Assembly (NCBI RefSeq): GCF_006345805.1
Contig: NC_043000.1
Location: 89,962,001-90,026,000, forward strand
Reading direction: 5' to 3'
DNA: 64,000 nucleotides
Source of the DNA: Octopus sinensis
Lineage: Eukaryota
Shown: positions 26,157 through 37,887 of the stretch, one piece after another
Layout: the number at the start of each line of letters is the position of its first letter
How positions within the stretch are numbered: the stretch's first letter is position 1
Position numbers and translations under genes: made by a program
The notes under the pieces: model-generated
Seen by the model: the letters and a program-made list of their open reading frames with translations, nothing else
Told to the model about the DNA's origin: nothing
Databases searched by the model: none

Positions 26157-26400
26157 GGAGGTATGTGGCTTAGTGGTTAGGGTGTTGGACTCAAGATCCT
26201 AAGATTGTGGTTTTGATTCCTGGACCGGGCAACATATTGTGTTCTTGAGGAAAATACTTCATTTCATGTTGCTCCAGTCCACTCAGCTGGCAAAAATGAG
26301 TAATCCTGTGACAGACCAGCGTCCTGTCCAGATAGGGAACATATACGCCACAGAAACCAGCCCTATGAGTCTACATGATTTAGGAAGTATCTTTATCCTA
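26157..26400 (+). mobile_element. tRNA-derived SINE (family 3)
   Basis: A-box-like GTGGCTTAGTGGTTAG and B-box-like GGTTTTGATTCC; the body is not tRNA-like. Confidence 0.65.
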
Positions 26401-26435
26401 TTCTATTGATATTACGCAGATGAGGAATAAATTTA

Positions 26436-26762
26436 TTTTGTATTTAGGGAAAGTCATTATGCCAATAAGAAATACGCCACACACACAGAGGTTCTTTTTC
26501 AGTTCTTTTTTTATTGTTAGTCAACTAGTAAATCATTTCATCAATTAACCAATTAATCATTTGGTCAATCAATTAATCAATCAGCATGGTTCATCACAGT
26601 GTTTTTATCGATATTCACAACCTCATCAATGACATGACCAGGTCTATTTGTCTCCTATTTTTCAGATTCTCCATTTATATTTATAGGGATATATTTATGA
26701 AATGAAATAGAACCTGTGCATACATCTTATTGGCATAATGACCCTCCCAAGATATATCAAAA
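26436..26762. mobile_element. MITE with inverted ends of about 35 bp
   Basis: GGGAAAGTCATTATGCCAATAAGA versus TCTTATTGGCATAATGACCCTCCC. Confidence 0.6.
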
Positions 26763-27469
26763 TTCACATAAAGAACTTTCCAACTAACAGACTAAATCTG
26801 CAATTCATTACAAGAATTATCGCAAATTCTTATTTACCCATGACAGACATGTGAACTGAGGTGTACAGAAAGAAGTGTGCTATCAAAATAGACAAAATAC
26901 TTGAAGTTGATTTGAACTCAGAACTGTAGATTTAGTAGTACAATACCAGATTCATTTGGTCCTAGGTATGACTTTAAACTGCATCTAGCAGTAGGGCCCT
27001 AATTTGGGAATCCTGGGTTTTGAGGAGTGTGAAAGCACCTCTTAGCCACTGCTGTTCCCAGGTCCACTCTGACCCAGAATAGTATCACCTATCAGGGTCT
27101 CAGCAATGGGTTAACTACTATGAAGAAAGAGTGAATTAAATATTCTATCACCCTTCTTGAAGGATGGGCGGGAAAACAATCGATCTTTGTGCAACAGTTA
27201 AGGAAAGCTACCTAGTTGTCTATCATATAGAAAATCCATCTTGAAAAAAAATCAAAGAAAACAACTCAAACAAATGAGCTGGTTTCGTTCTTTCAAGGAG
27301 ATAACAGAGATTTGGTTTTATTGCCAATGTGAAGCCAAACGTAAATGAAGGGTTATAATGCACCTACATACAGGTGGGGTGGAATGAGGGCAAAGAAGAC
27401 GAGTAGAGGGTATGAGTAATGGAAAGACATTGAAACACAGATATATATGTATATATACATATATATAAA

Positions 27470-28256
27470 ACTCAGATATATTTCGACCAAAGATTGGTCC
27501 AGGCCATGTCTAACTTAATAGTACCACCTGATAGGATTATCTAAATCCTGTTTAAGTTTTGTTTATGGTCCATTCAAGTAATGAGTTTTTGTTGGGTGAG
27601 TTGTATCCAATTATGGGTGGCTTATCTGGTATTCCTTGAACGAATCTATCCAGACTCCGTTTAAAGTTGATGGGATCCTTTTCCTCTTTGATCTCTTTTG
27701 GGACAATGTTAAATAGGGCAGGGCCTGTTGAGGAAAAGAAATTATGTTGCAGTGTACATGTATGCTGTGATCTTGAATTGGGCAGGGGACGTATGGCCCG
27801 TGGTCCCAGTCTTGGATGAACCTTGAAGCTAATGTTCAGGTCGTTTGGGCAAAGTTGGCGGTATATTCTCCACATCGTACAAATGATGTACCGCTCACGG
27901 CAACGCTGGAGAGAGTAGAGTTTCAAGGCTTTAAGGCGATCCCAATAATCGAGAGCAGCCATGCCTTCAATTCGTTTAGTGAGTGCCCTCTGGGGTGATT
28001 CAATCCTCAAGATGTTTTGTCTTGTATAGGGAGACCACAGTGGGCAGCAGTATTCGAGGTGTGGCCGTACGAAGGAGGAGAAATGTGGTATGATGACACC
28101 TTGTTCTCTGGACCGGAAAGTTCTTAAGATCCAGGAACTCATCCTACGAGCTATATCGACCTTATTGTTGCTGTGTGCACTCCAACTGAGATCGTCATCA
28201 ACAATTACACCCAGGTCTCTGATATTGTTAGAGGCTGTGAGTGGTTCCCCTGAAGG
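27470..28256 (-). mobile_element. 5'-truncated CR1-type LINE (RT C-terminal region and 3' UTR)
   Basis: Open frame of about 235 aa: IRDLGVIVDDDLSWSAH...ILRTFRSRE...SFVRPHLEYCCPLWSPY...IESPQRALTKRI...LDYWDRLKALKLYSLQRCRER. Confidence 0.9.
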
Positions 28257-28328
28257 AAGAGAGTATATATATATATATATATATATATATAGGTGTTTGT
28301 GCCTCTCCGAAAGAGAGAGAGGGATATA

Positions 28329-28705
28329 CACTACCGTCAGAAATTAATTAGCACCCTTGATTTGCTCTTCACTCAAGGTATGTGCTGTCACCTAGTGGCC
28401 ATATCTCGAACTATTGCTTTGTTGCGAGTTCACTGTTGCGCAGAACGATGACGTAACTTTGTTTGCAGAGCAGTTTGAGAGTCTACAGCCTTATGATGTT
28501 GACATAGCAGTGCAACAACTTGGAGTGCGGATGCAGACAAATCTTCCTTTGTTTAATAGATATAGGTAGCGCCTCGCAAGGACCGAAATCACACCATACT
28601 AAGTTTTCTCATCACGTAAGACGTTTTGAACAGCTCATAGGTTAATTGATTTAACCTATTTAATGTAGAAATTTGAGAAGTGCTAATTAATTTCTGACGC
28701 AAGTG
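28329..28705. mobile_element. Non-autonomous Tc1/mariner element
   Basis: TA-flanked TIRs CACTACCGTCAGAAATTAATTAGCAC / GTGCTAATTAATTTCTGACGCAAGTG. Confidence 0.8.
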
Positions 28706-29392
28706 TATATACACACACACATGTATATATATATATATGCGTATATATATATATATATATATGGATATATGCATATATATATATATATATATGCGTATAT
28801 ATATATATATATGGATATATATATATATATGGATATATATATATATATATATGCGATATATATATATATATATGCGTATATATATATATATGGATATATA
28901 TATATATATGGATATATATATATATATATATGTATATATGCATATATATATATATGCATGTATATATATATGCATGTATATATATATATATATATATATA
29001 TAGCATGTATATATATATGCATGTATATATATGTATATATGCATATATATGCACGTATATATATATATATGCACGTATATAATATATATATGCATGTATA
29101 TGCATATATGCATATATATGCACGTATATATATGTATATATGCATGTATATGCATATATGCATATATATGCACGTATATATATATATATGCATGTATATA
29201 TATATATATGCATGTATATATATATATATGCATGTATATATATATATATATATATGCATGTACATATATATATATATATATGCATGTATATATATATGCA
29301 TGTATATATATATGCATGTATATATATAAGCATGTATATATATATATATATATGCATGTATATATACATATATATATATGTATGTATACATA
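28706..29392. repeat. Compound (TA)n/TGCA microsatellite-minisatellite
   Basis: Directly visible; source of the H/I/Y low-complexity ORFs. Confidence 0.95.
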
Positions 29393-30404
29393 TGGGCAAC
29401 TGGTAGAGAATAAACAAGTTTAAAGTCGATGACAGAGACAGAGAGACGAGAAAGAGTGGAAAGAGGTAAATACAGCACAGACGGATGGATGGGTTGGTTA
29501 AAAAGAAAAAAAACCGTGGGTACAAAACAACTGCAAAGAATAGCGAGGGATAAAACCAAAGCAAATAATTAATAGTCAAATTTATGGGTTGCGAGGGGCT
29601 TTATTATGTTCTTCTTGGAAAGGATCGGATTCAAAATTCATTATAGTCTGGCGGACGTAATGACAGGAGGAGGAGAGATAGGACGTCGGCATTTATTTAA
29701 ACAAAAAAACTATTGTTCGTGAGATAATGATAGGGGCTCTAAGTAATCACTCTACTTGCAAGAAATATCAAAACCAAATTAAACTCAAATCACACCCTAT
29801 TAATGTCTCATAAAAAAAGTTGGAGAAAATTCATACTGGATAACGTAACTCCTGGATACGCTGTCGAAATAACTACAGTATGGCTATAACCGGAATGATT
29901 TGATTATACGTCTGCTCAATTAGGACTAACGTGGAGTACACCACGACATGCACGCAACAGCCATGCTTCAAAGTTGGTCCTAGGAAATTGATGCACTATG
30001 GAAGTTAGGTTCTTAGAACGTTTTCACATGAGGGTTCATATTTCACATATACACGTAACTCACACACAATTTCCAATATTTACATGTTAAAAAAAAAAGA
30101 CCATCTAACCGGATATAGGTTAGTCATAAACTATATATAAAGACGAAATTTCGCATTTCCTATAATTGGATTAGGCAATATTGATTTTCTGTTTGGTCAA
30201 CTCACGGTTCAATGAATGGATACGGGTATATTACTGATGCTTATATCATTTTCCTAGTGTAGACAAAATGACTAAGTCGATCTTGGCGACACTTAGACAA
30301 CAATAATACGAGTATTATTTACGTTCGATTACTTAATAATTTCACACGCATAATCCAATAACTTGTCAAAACCGAGGTCTGCAGCCAAATATCACCCGAC
30401 TTAC

Positions 30405-30670
30405 ATTCTATTGTCTTAGAAAACAGATATGACACATTGAATAATGTAGCCCCAGATACATTATGCCTGGGGGAAAACGTGATGGCAATAGCTGCAAGAC
30501 TTCAGACGATAATTCTACCCAACAAGAACGAAGGTGGAATTTAGCAGTTATAGGATGAGTTCTAAATAATAGGACTGACAATGGAGCTAAATTCCGGTTC
30601 AATCCTTATTGGGCGGAACTATGGTCAGAAGTCGAAAGTATCTTCTATTTAACGCTAGGTCACGGAAGTT
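30405..30670 (-). promoter_or_regulatory. Candidate promoter / non-coding exon with GTAAGT donor
   Basis: ETS-type CGGAAGT at 30663-30669, GGGCGGAAC at 30611 and TTCCGG at 30592. Minus-strand donor AAT|GTAAGT at 30404. No TE similarity recognised. Confidence 0.35.
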
Positions 30671-31057
30671 TCTCATCTTTTTGCTCTCAGACATGACCAG
30701 AAAATAAATATATGTGTGCAAATATATATTTATATATATATAGCAGAAGTAAAAGAGTAACTCATGGCCCGAGAGTTTCGTGCGCTGGCACTTACTCTCG
30801 GACCTCGAGTCACTCTGTTACTCCTGCTAAATATTAATTAAAAAAATATACATATACTCATATTTTGAGTTCCATTTTACCTATTTCCATCAGTATAATA
30901 TATATATCTGTGTATGTGTGTATATTACTTTTACAAAGAGTGGTGACAGTGACTTCGAAGTGTCAGCCTTCGACCCCAGCCTTCACAGTCCGAGTTAAAT
31001 ATGTAACTGCTTTATTAACTCGACATCAACACACACCTATCTGTCTGTATCTCTCTT

Positions 31058-31089
<32 letters not shown>

Positions 31090-31606
31090 AGAGATACACA
31101 GACAGACAGACATATAGATACACAGATAGATAGGTAAAGAGACTTGTTGGGTAAGCTCGGAACAATGCAAGAAGATATAAAATAAACTAGAAAAAGAAAA
31201 AACAAAAAAATTGTAGTTTTATCTTATATTTCTATATTTAGGGGTAAGACCCGTTACCAAATGGACTGAACAATTCATAATGTAAACCTAAAATAATTAC
31301 AATTGGTTCCTAATTACTAGCTGTAGGCAGACTGAAAATAAAATAGGAAAAAGATCAAGGTGCCTAAATGGAAACCCCTTTACAGAATTCACTAGTTTTT
31401 GCCTGTAAGCAGGTGTATGTATATACATATATATATGTGTGTGTGTCCTTCAAATGTAGAGAAAGCAAAAGACAAGTGAGGGAATAACAAGCAGGTTATA
31501 GATACATATATATATATATCATTCAAGCAAATGATTTCCTAAGACAACCAGCAACGACCACTTTTAATGTTTACAACAGAATCAAAGCATTTTAATTACA
31601 TTTCTG

Positions 31607-31622
31607 AAGATGGCACTTCCGG
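31607..31622. promoter_or_regulatory. Overlapping ETS (CCGGAAGT) and YY1-like (GCCATCTT) motifs
   Basis: AAGATGGCACTTCCGG, whose reverse complement is CCGGAAGTGCCATCTT; both motifs are typical of housekeeping core promoters. Confidence 0.4.
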
Positions 31623-32613
31623 TTGTGGTCTTGTAAATTGAACCCCGACTTTTGAGCCGGAGTAATATTTAAAAGGGAGGGTCCGTTATATTTGGTAGTT
31701 CATGTAGGTAAACACTCAATTTGGGGTCTATAGGATTTTCTCCCATATGTTCTGTAAAGCTGTTAAAATAACGGTTTTCTTGGAACCGTCCCTATTTAAT
31801 ATATATATATATATATATTATAAACAATTTAAAGGAGTGTGGGTGTATGTATATATATATTATATAGACAGACAGACAGATAGAGAGAGAGAGAGAGAGA
31901 TAGACAGATCACATACAAGCAAAGCCGAGTGAAGAAATTCACAATCATGAAAACCCGGATTCGATCCCAATACGTGACACATTGAACAAGTGACTCTTTT
32001 ATAGTGGAACTACAAAGCGAATAAAAAAAAGTATTGATCAAGATGTTGAGTGAATTTTCTTCAAAGTTAGCAGCTTAACCACAGATCATTACTAGCGATA
32101 ATCCATGAGCCAAGGCCTCGTGTTTTTATATTAACGCAAAGCAGATAGTGGAAGATGAAAGATTGTTTTCATCAGATTATCGACAATTTAAATAAAAATT
32201 TTGAATTTGTTTTGAAATCCTCATGTCAAGGTGTAATTGCAATAAAACAATAAAATAAACATTTCTTCATTTTTATAATCATTCGTTTAGATTTTAATAT
32301 TAATCAAATCTTAACGACAACTAACAACTAATAAGAGATTTTGGAGAGCCAAACGCCAATAGTTTTAATGTTTCAGATTGATGATGGATAATCGATTTCT
32401 TCACTTAATTTAATATTTAAAATAATCTGCATTTTTTTTAAATCACACCATACTAATATAAAACACACACACACACATTCAAACGGCAATGATATGACAG
32501 AAATTTCCAATGCATGGCACTAGTTAAATATGATTAAAGCAAGAGAATAAACAGATTGTTCGGAATTCCTTCACTGAAAAAAAAAAAAAAGGTGGTGACG
32601 GACCCACATTCAT

Positions 32614-32652
<39 letters not shown>

Positions 32653-33118
32653 TAGTGTATTATAGAATGAATTACATGTAAACTGCGGGAATTGACAGTT
32701 AGCTATATACATATATATAATCAGCTTTATCGATAAATAAAAATATACACGCTAGAATTGACAACAATAGTCGTAAGTAATCTATATACAGTATGCATTA
32801 TTCACTTACTGAAATAAATGCAATAAGCCTGCTTTAAATTCACTTATAAGACTCTAAATTGGGTCTCTGGACCATGGATGCGCATATTGGTTTTGTCATT
32901 TAAATTCACCCAGTTAAAATACCGTTACATGTATATATGTAACGTTCATTCACCTCTAGCAAACGTGCTATGCTCTCATCCTCAGATTTAATTCCTATAA
33001 TCTCTTATGAATGTATCTGATTTACAATTATTTGTGTAACTTGGATCAAGTCATCTGGATTTCGGTTTCCTTTGACACTGCATCAAGTGTGTATGTGCGG
33101 GTGTGTAAACACGCACAC

Positions 33119-33154
<36 letters not shown>

Positions 33155-33669
33155 CACATACATAACATATATGCATGCATATATATATATATATTATATA
33201 TATATACACACACACGGAAACATTACATACCACATGTATGTATGTATGTGTATATATATATATATATATATATACTGGCAGAAATTATTGGAGCAGAGAA
33301 GAATAGCGTTATTCCTAGGCCATGTGGGTGTGTATATTCATTTTCGCTTGTGTAAAGAATAGTTCGAATTCTCCAAGTGGAAAATACAGTTTTATATATA
33401 TATATTCGCATGTGTGTGTGCGCTGGAAAAAATCTGAAGAGAAACGTACAGCAAGGCTAAGCAGCAAACGTGGAAGATGGCCATAAAACACTCATCAAGC
33501 TGGTCAGCAACAGTTAGGATGACCAACAGATTAAAAATAAATAAAGAGAACGGTTTAGTGGTGACAGTGATGCTATTACTATTAGTTACAAGAACTCAAC
33601 TAAAATATTGGAAATAGGTGGGGGGATGGCCCAAAACACGAGCACTGGACACTACAAGCACATATGTAC

Positions 33670-33700
<31 letters not shown>

Positions 33701-33980
33701 CACACACACACGTGTATAATAAATTGTATGCATATGTGTACTGAAGTTGATACTGAATGGAACAGCACTTAAAAGATGAATAAGGATGTATCGATGTATG
33801 TATATGAGCATAGAAAAAAACAATACGATATATGTAATTTTTAATGAACGATAGTCAAAGAGTGACTCAACAGACGAGAGTTTCGTTCATGGCACTTATC
33901 AAACCTATATATATATATATACACACACACGTATGTATATGTATGTGTGTATGTATAAGCAATTTTTCAGAGTATGTTTC

Positions 33981-34400
33981 AAAATGGCGGTTTGTTTAAT
34001 TTTTACGATATTCTTTTCGTATCACTATTATTAATATTTGTTTTTTTCCCCCTTATTTTATCACCCACAAAACTAAATAATTATTAAAAGGCAAACGACA
34101 ATAATAATGATAATAACATATCACTCAAACTTACCGGTTGATCATTTCATTTTTTTTTTTTTTCGAAGTGAATGTGTGAATGTCTGTTCTTTTCTCTTCC
34201 AAATATTTATAAATGATTATTATTGCTGTTCTTGTAATTATTATTATCCAAAACAGAGTTAAACGAGTGAAATCTGTTGATTTTTGGTTCGGTTGTTAAA
34301 ATAAAAGGAGAAAAGCGTTAATGCATCAGGCGTGTCTTCCGTTATAACTTCGTCCCACAACTCACACACTCTCCCTCTCTCTTTCTCTCTCTATTTCTTT
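33981..34400 (-). promoter_or_regulatory. Candidate promoter and non-coding first exon (exon end 34135), possibly of CUL1
   Basis: Consensus donor CCG|GTAAGT at 34134, ETS-like CGGAAG at 34336-34341, and YY1 motif CCGCCATTTT at 33981-33990 just inside the putative intron. Confidence 0.45.
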
Positions 34401-34831
34401 TATTGTGGGTTTTTACCTACCCTCGTTTATCTCCCCTCACAAGAACTCTTCCGATCTTATAAATTACTATAACCGAGAGTCTCTTAATTTCGGTATATAA
34501 TATATATAGTGTCTTTTACTTGTTTCAGTAATTAGATTAAGGCCATGTTGGGGCATCGCTGTGAACGGTTTATTTAGTCTAATGAATCGACTCCAGTACT
34601 AATATTTTTCTATGAGACTGTGCTTACTCTATTGCTCTCTTTTTACCAAACTGCCAAGTTACAGGGACGTGAACAGACCAACACCGGTTGTCAAATAGCG
34701 ATGGGGACAAACACTAGCACAGAGACACAGTTATATATGTATATGTGTGTACAATGTGCTCCGTTCAATTTCCGTCTACCAAATCCACTCACAAGGATTT
34801 GATCGGCCCCTGTATTCCTAAAGAACTACAA

Positions 34832-34868
<37 letters not shown>

Positions 34869-35229
34869 AACCGTGTTTACTGGTTCGGTCTTTGACCTCA
34901 AGACATGCTGGGGCACGGCCCCCAAGAGAATGTTCAGTTTATTATATCCACCACCTTGCCTCCTAATTTTATCGATCACGTAAGAAGAAAGTCAAAGTCG
35001 TGTCTTTTCTTCTATTATATTATAATTTTATTCGCATCTACGATGCTGGTAGACGCCAGTACTTCGCTGTCACTTTATTTATTTATTTATTTCGATCATG
35101 GAAAAACGAAAGGAACAATTATCCTCAGTGACATTTGTATGCAAAATGTAAAAGACCGTAACGAAAGAGAGCAAGCTACTTAATCTGACTCGGTCATTTC
35201 ACTGTGGTGTAGACTTGAGGATAATTGGA

Positions 35230-37690
35230 GACAACAGTTGAGGAATAGAATAGGATAGCCTATTTTTGGTGGAAGCACCGCTTTTTCCAGTTAAAACATT
35301 TACATGCATACATACATGTTAAAGTTCCTGAGAGCATTGTCAAAGTCATAGCTGACCTGACATCATCGTGGGCCACCATCTTGAAGTTAAGTACAAGGTG
35401 TGGTTGTATTATCACTGATAAAGTACAGTAACGCAGAGGTACATTCCAAGGGGCAGTCTCTCTGATACGGTTCATACTTTCAATAAATCCTTTAGGTAGC
35501 TGGCTTGTGGGTTTTCTGAAATGGTGTGTTCTATGTTGTGGTGTTATGCATGGCAAGCAATGAAGTTAATACAGGTTCTGAATACCTGTTATATTTATAT
35601 CAACTTGAGTGGTACAAAGGCAAATGCATGGAACAGCAGAGCAGATATATACAAACGTGTTATTTTATCTAAAGGCTGCTAATATAGAGCTCGTCGTTGC
35701 AAGTCCTAGACATCAGGTTAGCTGTGTGTGACCACACAAGAACTTATGTGCCAGAGAAAACCACGCAAGAAGAGGAATAGAGAGAATTTCATGGTTCTTC
35801 GCTTTTTATCAACTGGTGGTAATAACACCTATCAACATTCCTACAGGAAGTTGCAACATATTCCAGAATATCCTGTAGCGAATTACGAAACATAACTCCC
35901 GTAGGGTTCACCACAACCCCATGGCAGTTATGTTGGGGAAGTCTGAAAGGTATTTCACTGATTCACAGAGAGACAAAAATACCAAAATTACACACTGCTT
36001 TTTTGTGGATGACTTGAAACTGTATACCAAGTGTGCACATGAGATGACCTGGTTACAACATTCTTAAAGGATATAGGTTGGAGTTTGGTCAGGATAAACG
36101 TTGCTATATGATTGTGAAAAGATGGTAAACTATAAACCAGACTAGTAACATCTCCAACAATGACTTAACTGTTTCTTGTATATCTGATTTCTCTTTTCTA
36201 GGGGTAGATGAAAACATATACAATGGTACCTGTGATGTGGCATATGTCACTAAAGAATATTCCCAGATAAGGAAAATATGGACCTTGGAATTCTTCATTC
36301 AATAAAACAGTGACCCACAATGTGTTTTCAGTAGCTGTATGCATACTAACATTTGAGCAACTTGATTGGACACTTAATGAAATCTGAGCCATTGATGTGA
36401 AAACTTGGGAGATATTGACCAACAAACATGATTTTTGCTTCAACAGCAATTTAAACCACCTTTACCTAAAATGAAACAAGAAGGTGATGGCTTAACATCA
36501 ATCCAGACTGCCTTTGAATGCTATATCATATCTCTTTGGCAACATCTTTTAACCATCAAGTATCAAACTGCACACACTAGACCAAGTTTACATACATAAG
36601 GCAGATAACATCTTGGAAAGCAGCTCCTTGATCAACATTCTTTGTCTGATAACCTTGAAAACAAGTCCCAAAAGATGCATGACTCTAACACAACATATAA
36701 CCAGATGAAAGAATGAGTGTCTATCAAAAGAAGACCATGCTTAGATATGTTAGCAGAAAGCTCCAGGATGACAGCAACATTGTTAAATCAAAGCAGTCTA
36801 TCATGGACAAAGAACTAGATTACTAAGTCTCACTTTGAAGGGTATGTATTTGCAATCCAGGAACAGGAAATAGCAATGTAATACCTGATGCAAAAAAGGG
36901 ACAGAGATGCTGGAAAACACCAAAATGTAATAACTGATGCAGACTTTGTGAAGTTAACATTAAGGTATTACCCACATCATAAGCAGCTCTCCAAACATTT
37001 CATCGTGGTATTATCTACTGATGAGACATGATGTTGTAGACAAGACACTGTATAATGAGATTTGTTGCAAAAATCCTGAGGCCAAAAAGGTAAGAACGCA
37101 CATGGTAGAGGCTATAGTCACTCATAATATGAACTGGTGGAATGTCCCAGCGAAAACCTCAATAAAATGTAAATATATTAGACCAGACATAGTGATTTAT
37201 GACAGAAGAGAAACTATACAGTAGTGGAAATTAGCTGCACAGCAGATGTCAACATAAAGTTAAAGCTCAGTGAAAAAGAAAACACTGAACTATTGAGAAA
37301 CTTACAATTACTCTACCTGTATTACAGGGTTTATATCTGTAATTACTGGGGCACTGGGATATGTCACTGAATGCCTAGTCACCAATTTTGAGAAACTAGG
37401 CTTTTCAAAACCAGAAAGTAAAAAAAGCTAATTTGACGACTAAAGATTCAAGCCATCAATGGAACTGTAAGAATTTGTAAAACTTTTCAGAAGTTATACA
37501 TTTGAGTATATAAATTCTTATCTAAATGTTCAATGATATGCATGAGAATACATACAAATCTACACATGCAGACTGTATACGTAATACCATGTTGATGTTA
37601 TTGAAATTCCAATGAAAGAACTTTGAATCTTGATTAGAAAATGGTTCTTTCTCTAGTGGTAAGAAATTTTGAAATAAAACTGAATAGCAA
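35230..37690 (+). mobile_element. Degraded R4/Dong-clade non-LTR retrotransposon (RT + restriction-like endonuclease)
   Basis: RRGTFQGAVSL..F.LSINPL; ITHCFFVDDLKLY; RHDVVDKTLYNEIC...WWNVPAKTSIKCKYIRPDIVIYDRRET.VVEISC..DVNI...EKEN (RHD and PD..D/E RLE motifs). Many stops and frameshifts. Confidence 0.8.
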
Positions 37691-37887
37691 CATATATATA
37701 TATACGTAGTTTATGCATCTTGTTTTGCACCTATGCACTTGAACGTGTGTGAGTGTACACACACACATATATATCTTAAACTTTCTCAGAGCATCAATCA
37801 AATACTTTTACTGTATACATCCTCACATCCTCTTGACTTTTGTTGTTTTTCCAGTTTTTATTTTTGATATATATATATATATATATA

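Noticed and set aside
27470-27530. Hammerhead-like CCTGGACCAATCTTTGGTCGAAA at the CR1 3' end
   Set aside because: Has a hairpin plus GAAA but no CUGANGA core; more likely the LINE 3' recognition stem-loop.
28589-29579. ORFs of 208-298 aa rich in H/I/Y
   Set aside because: Microsatellite artefacts.
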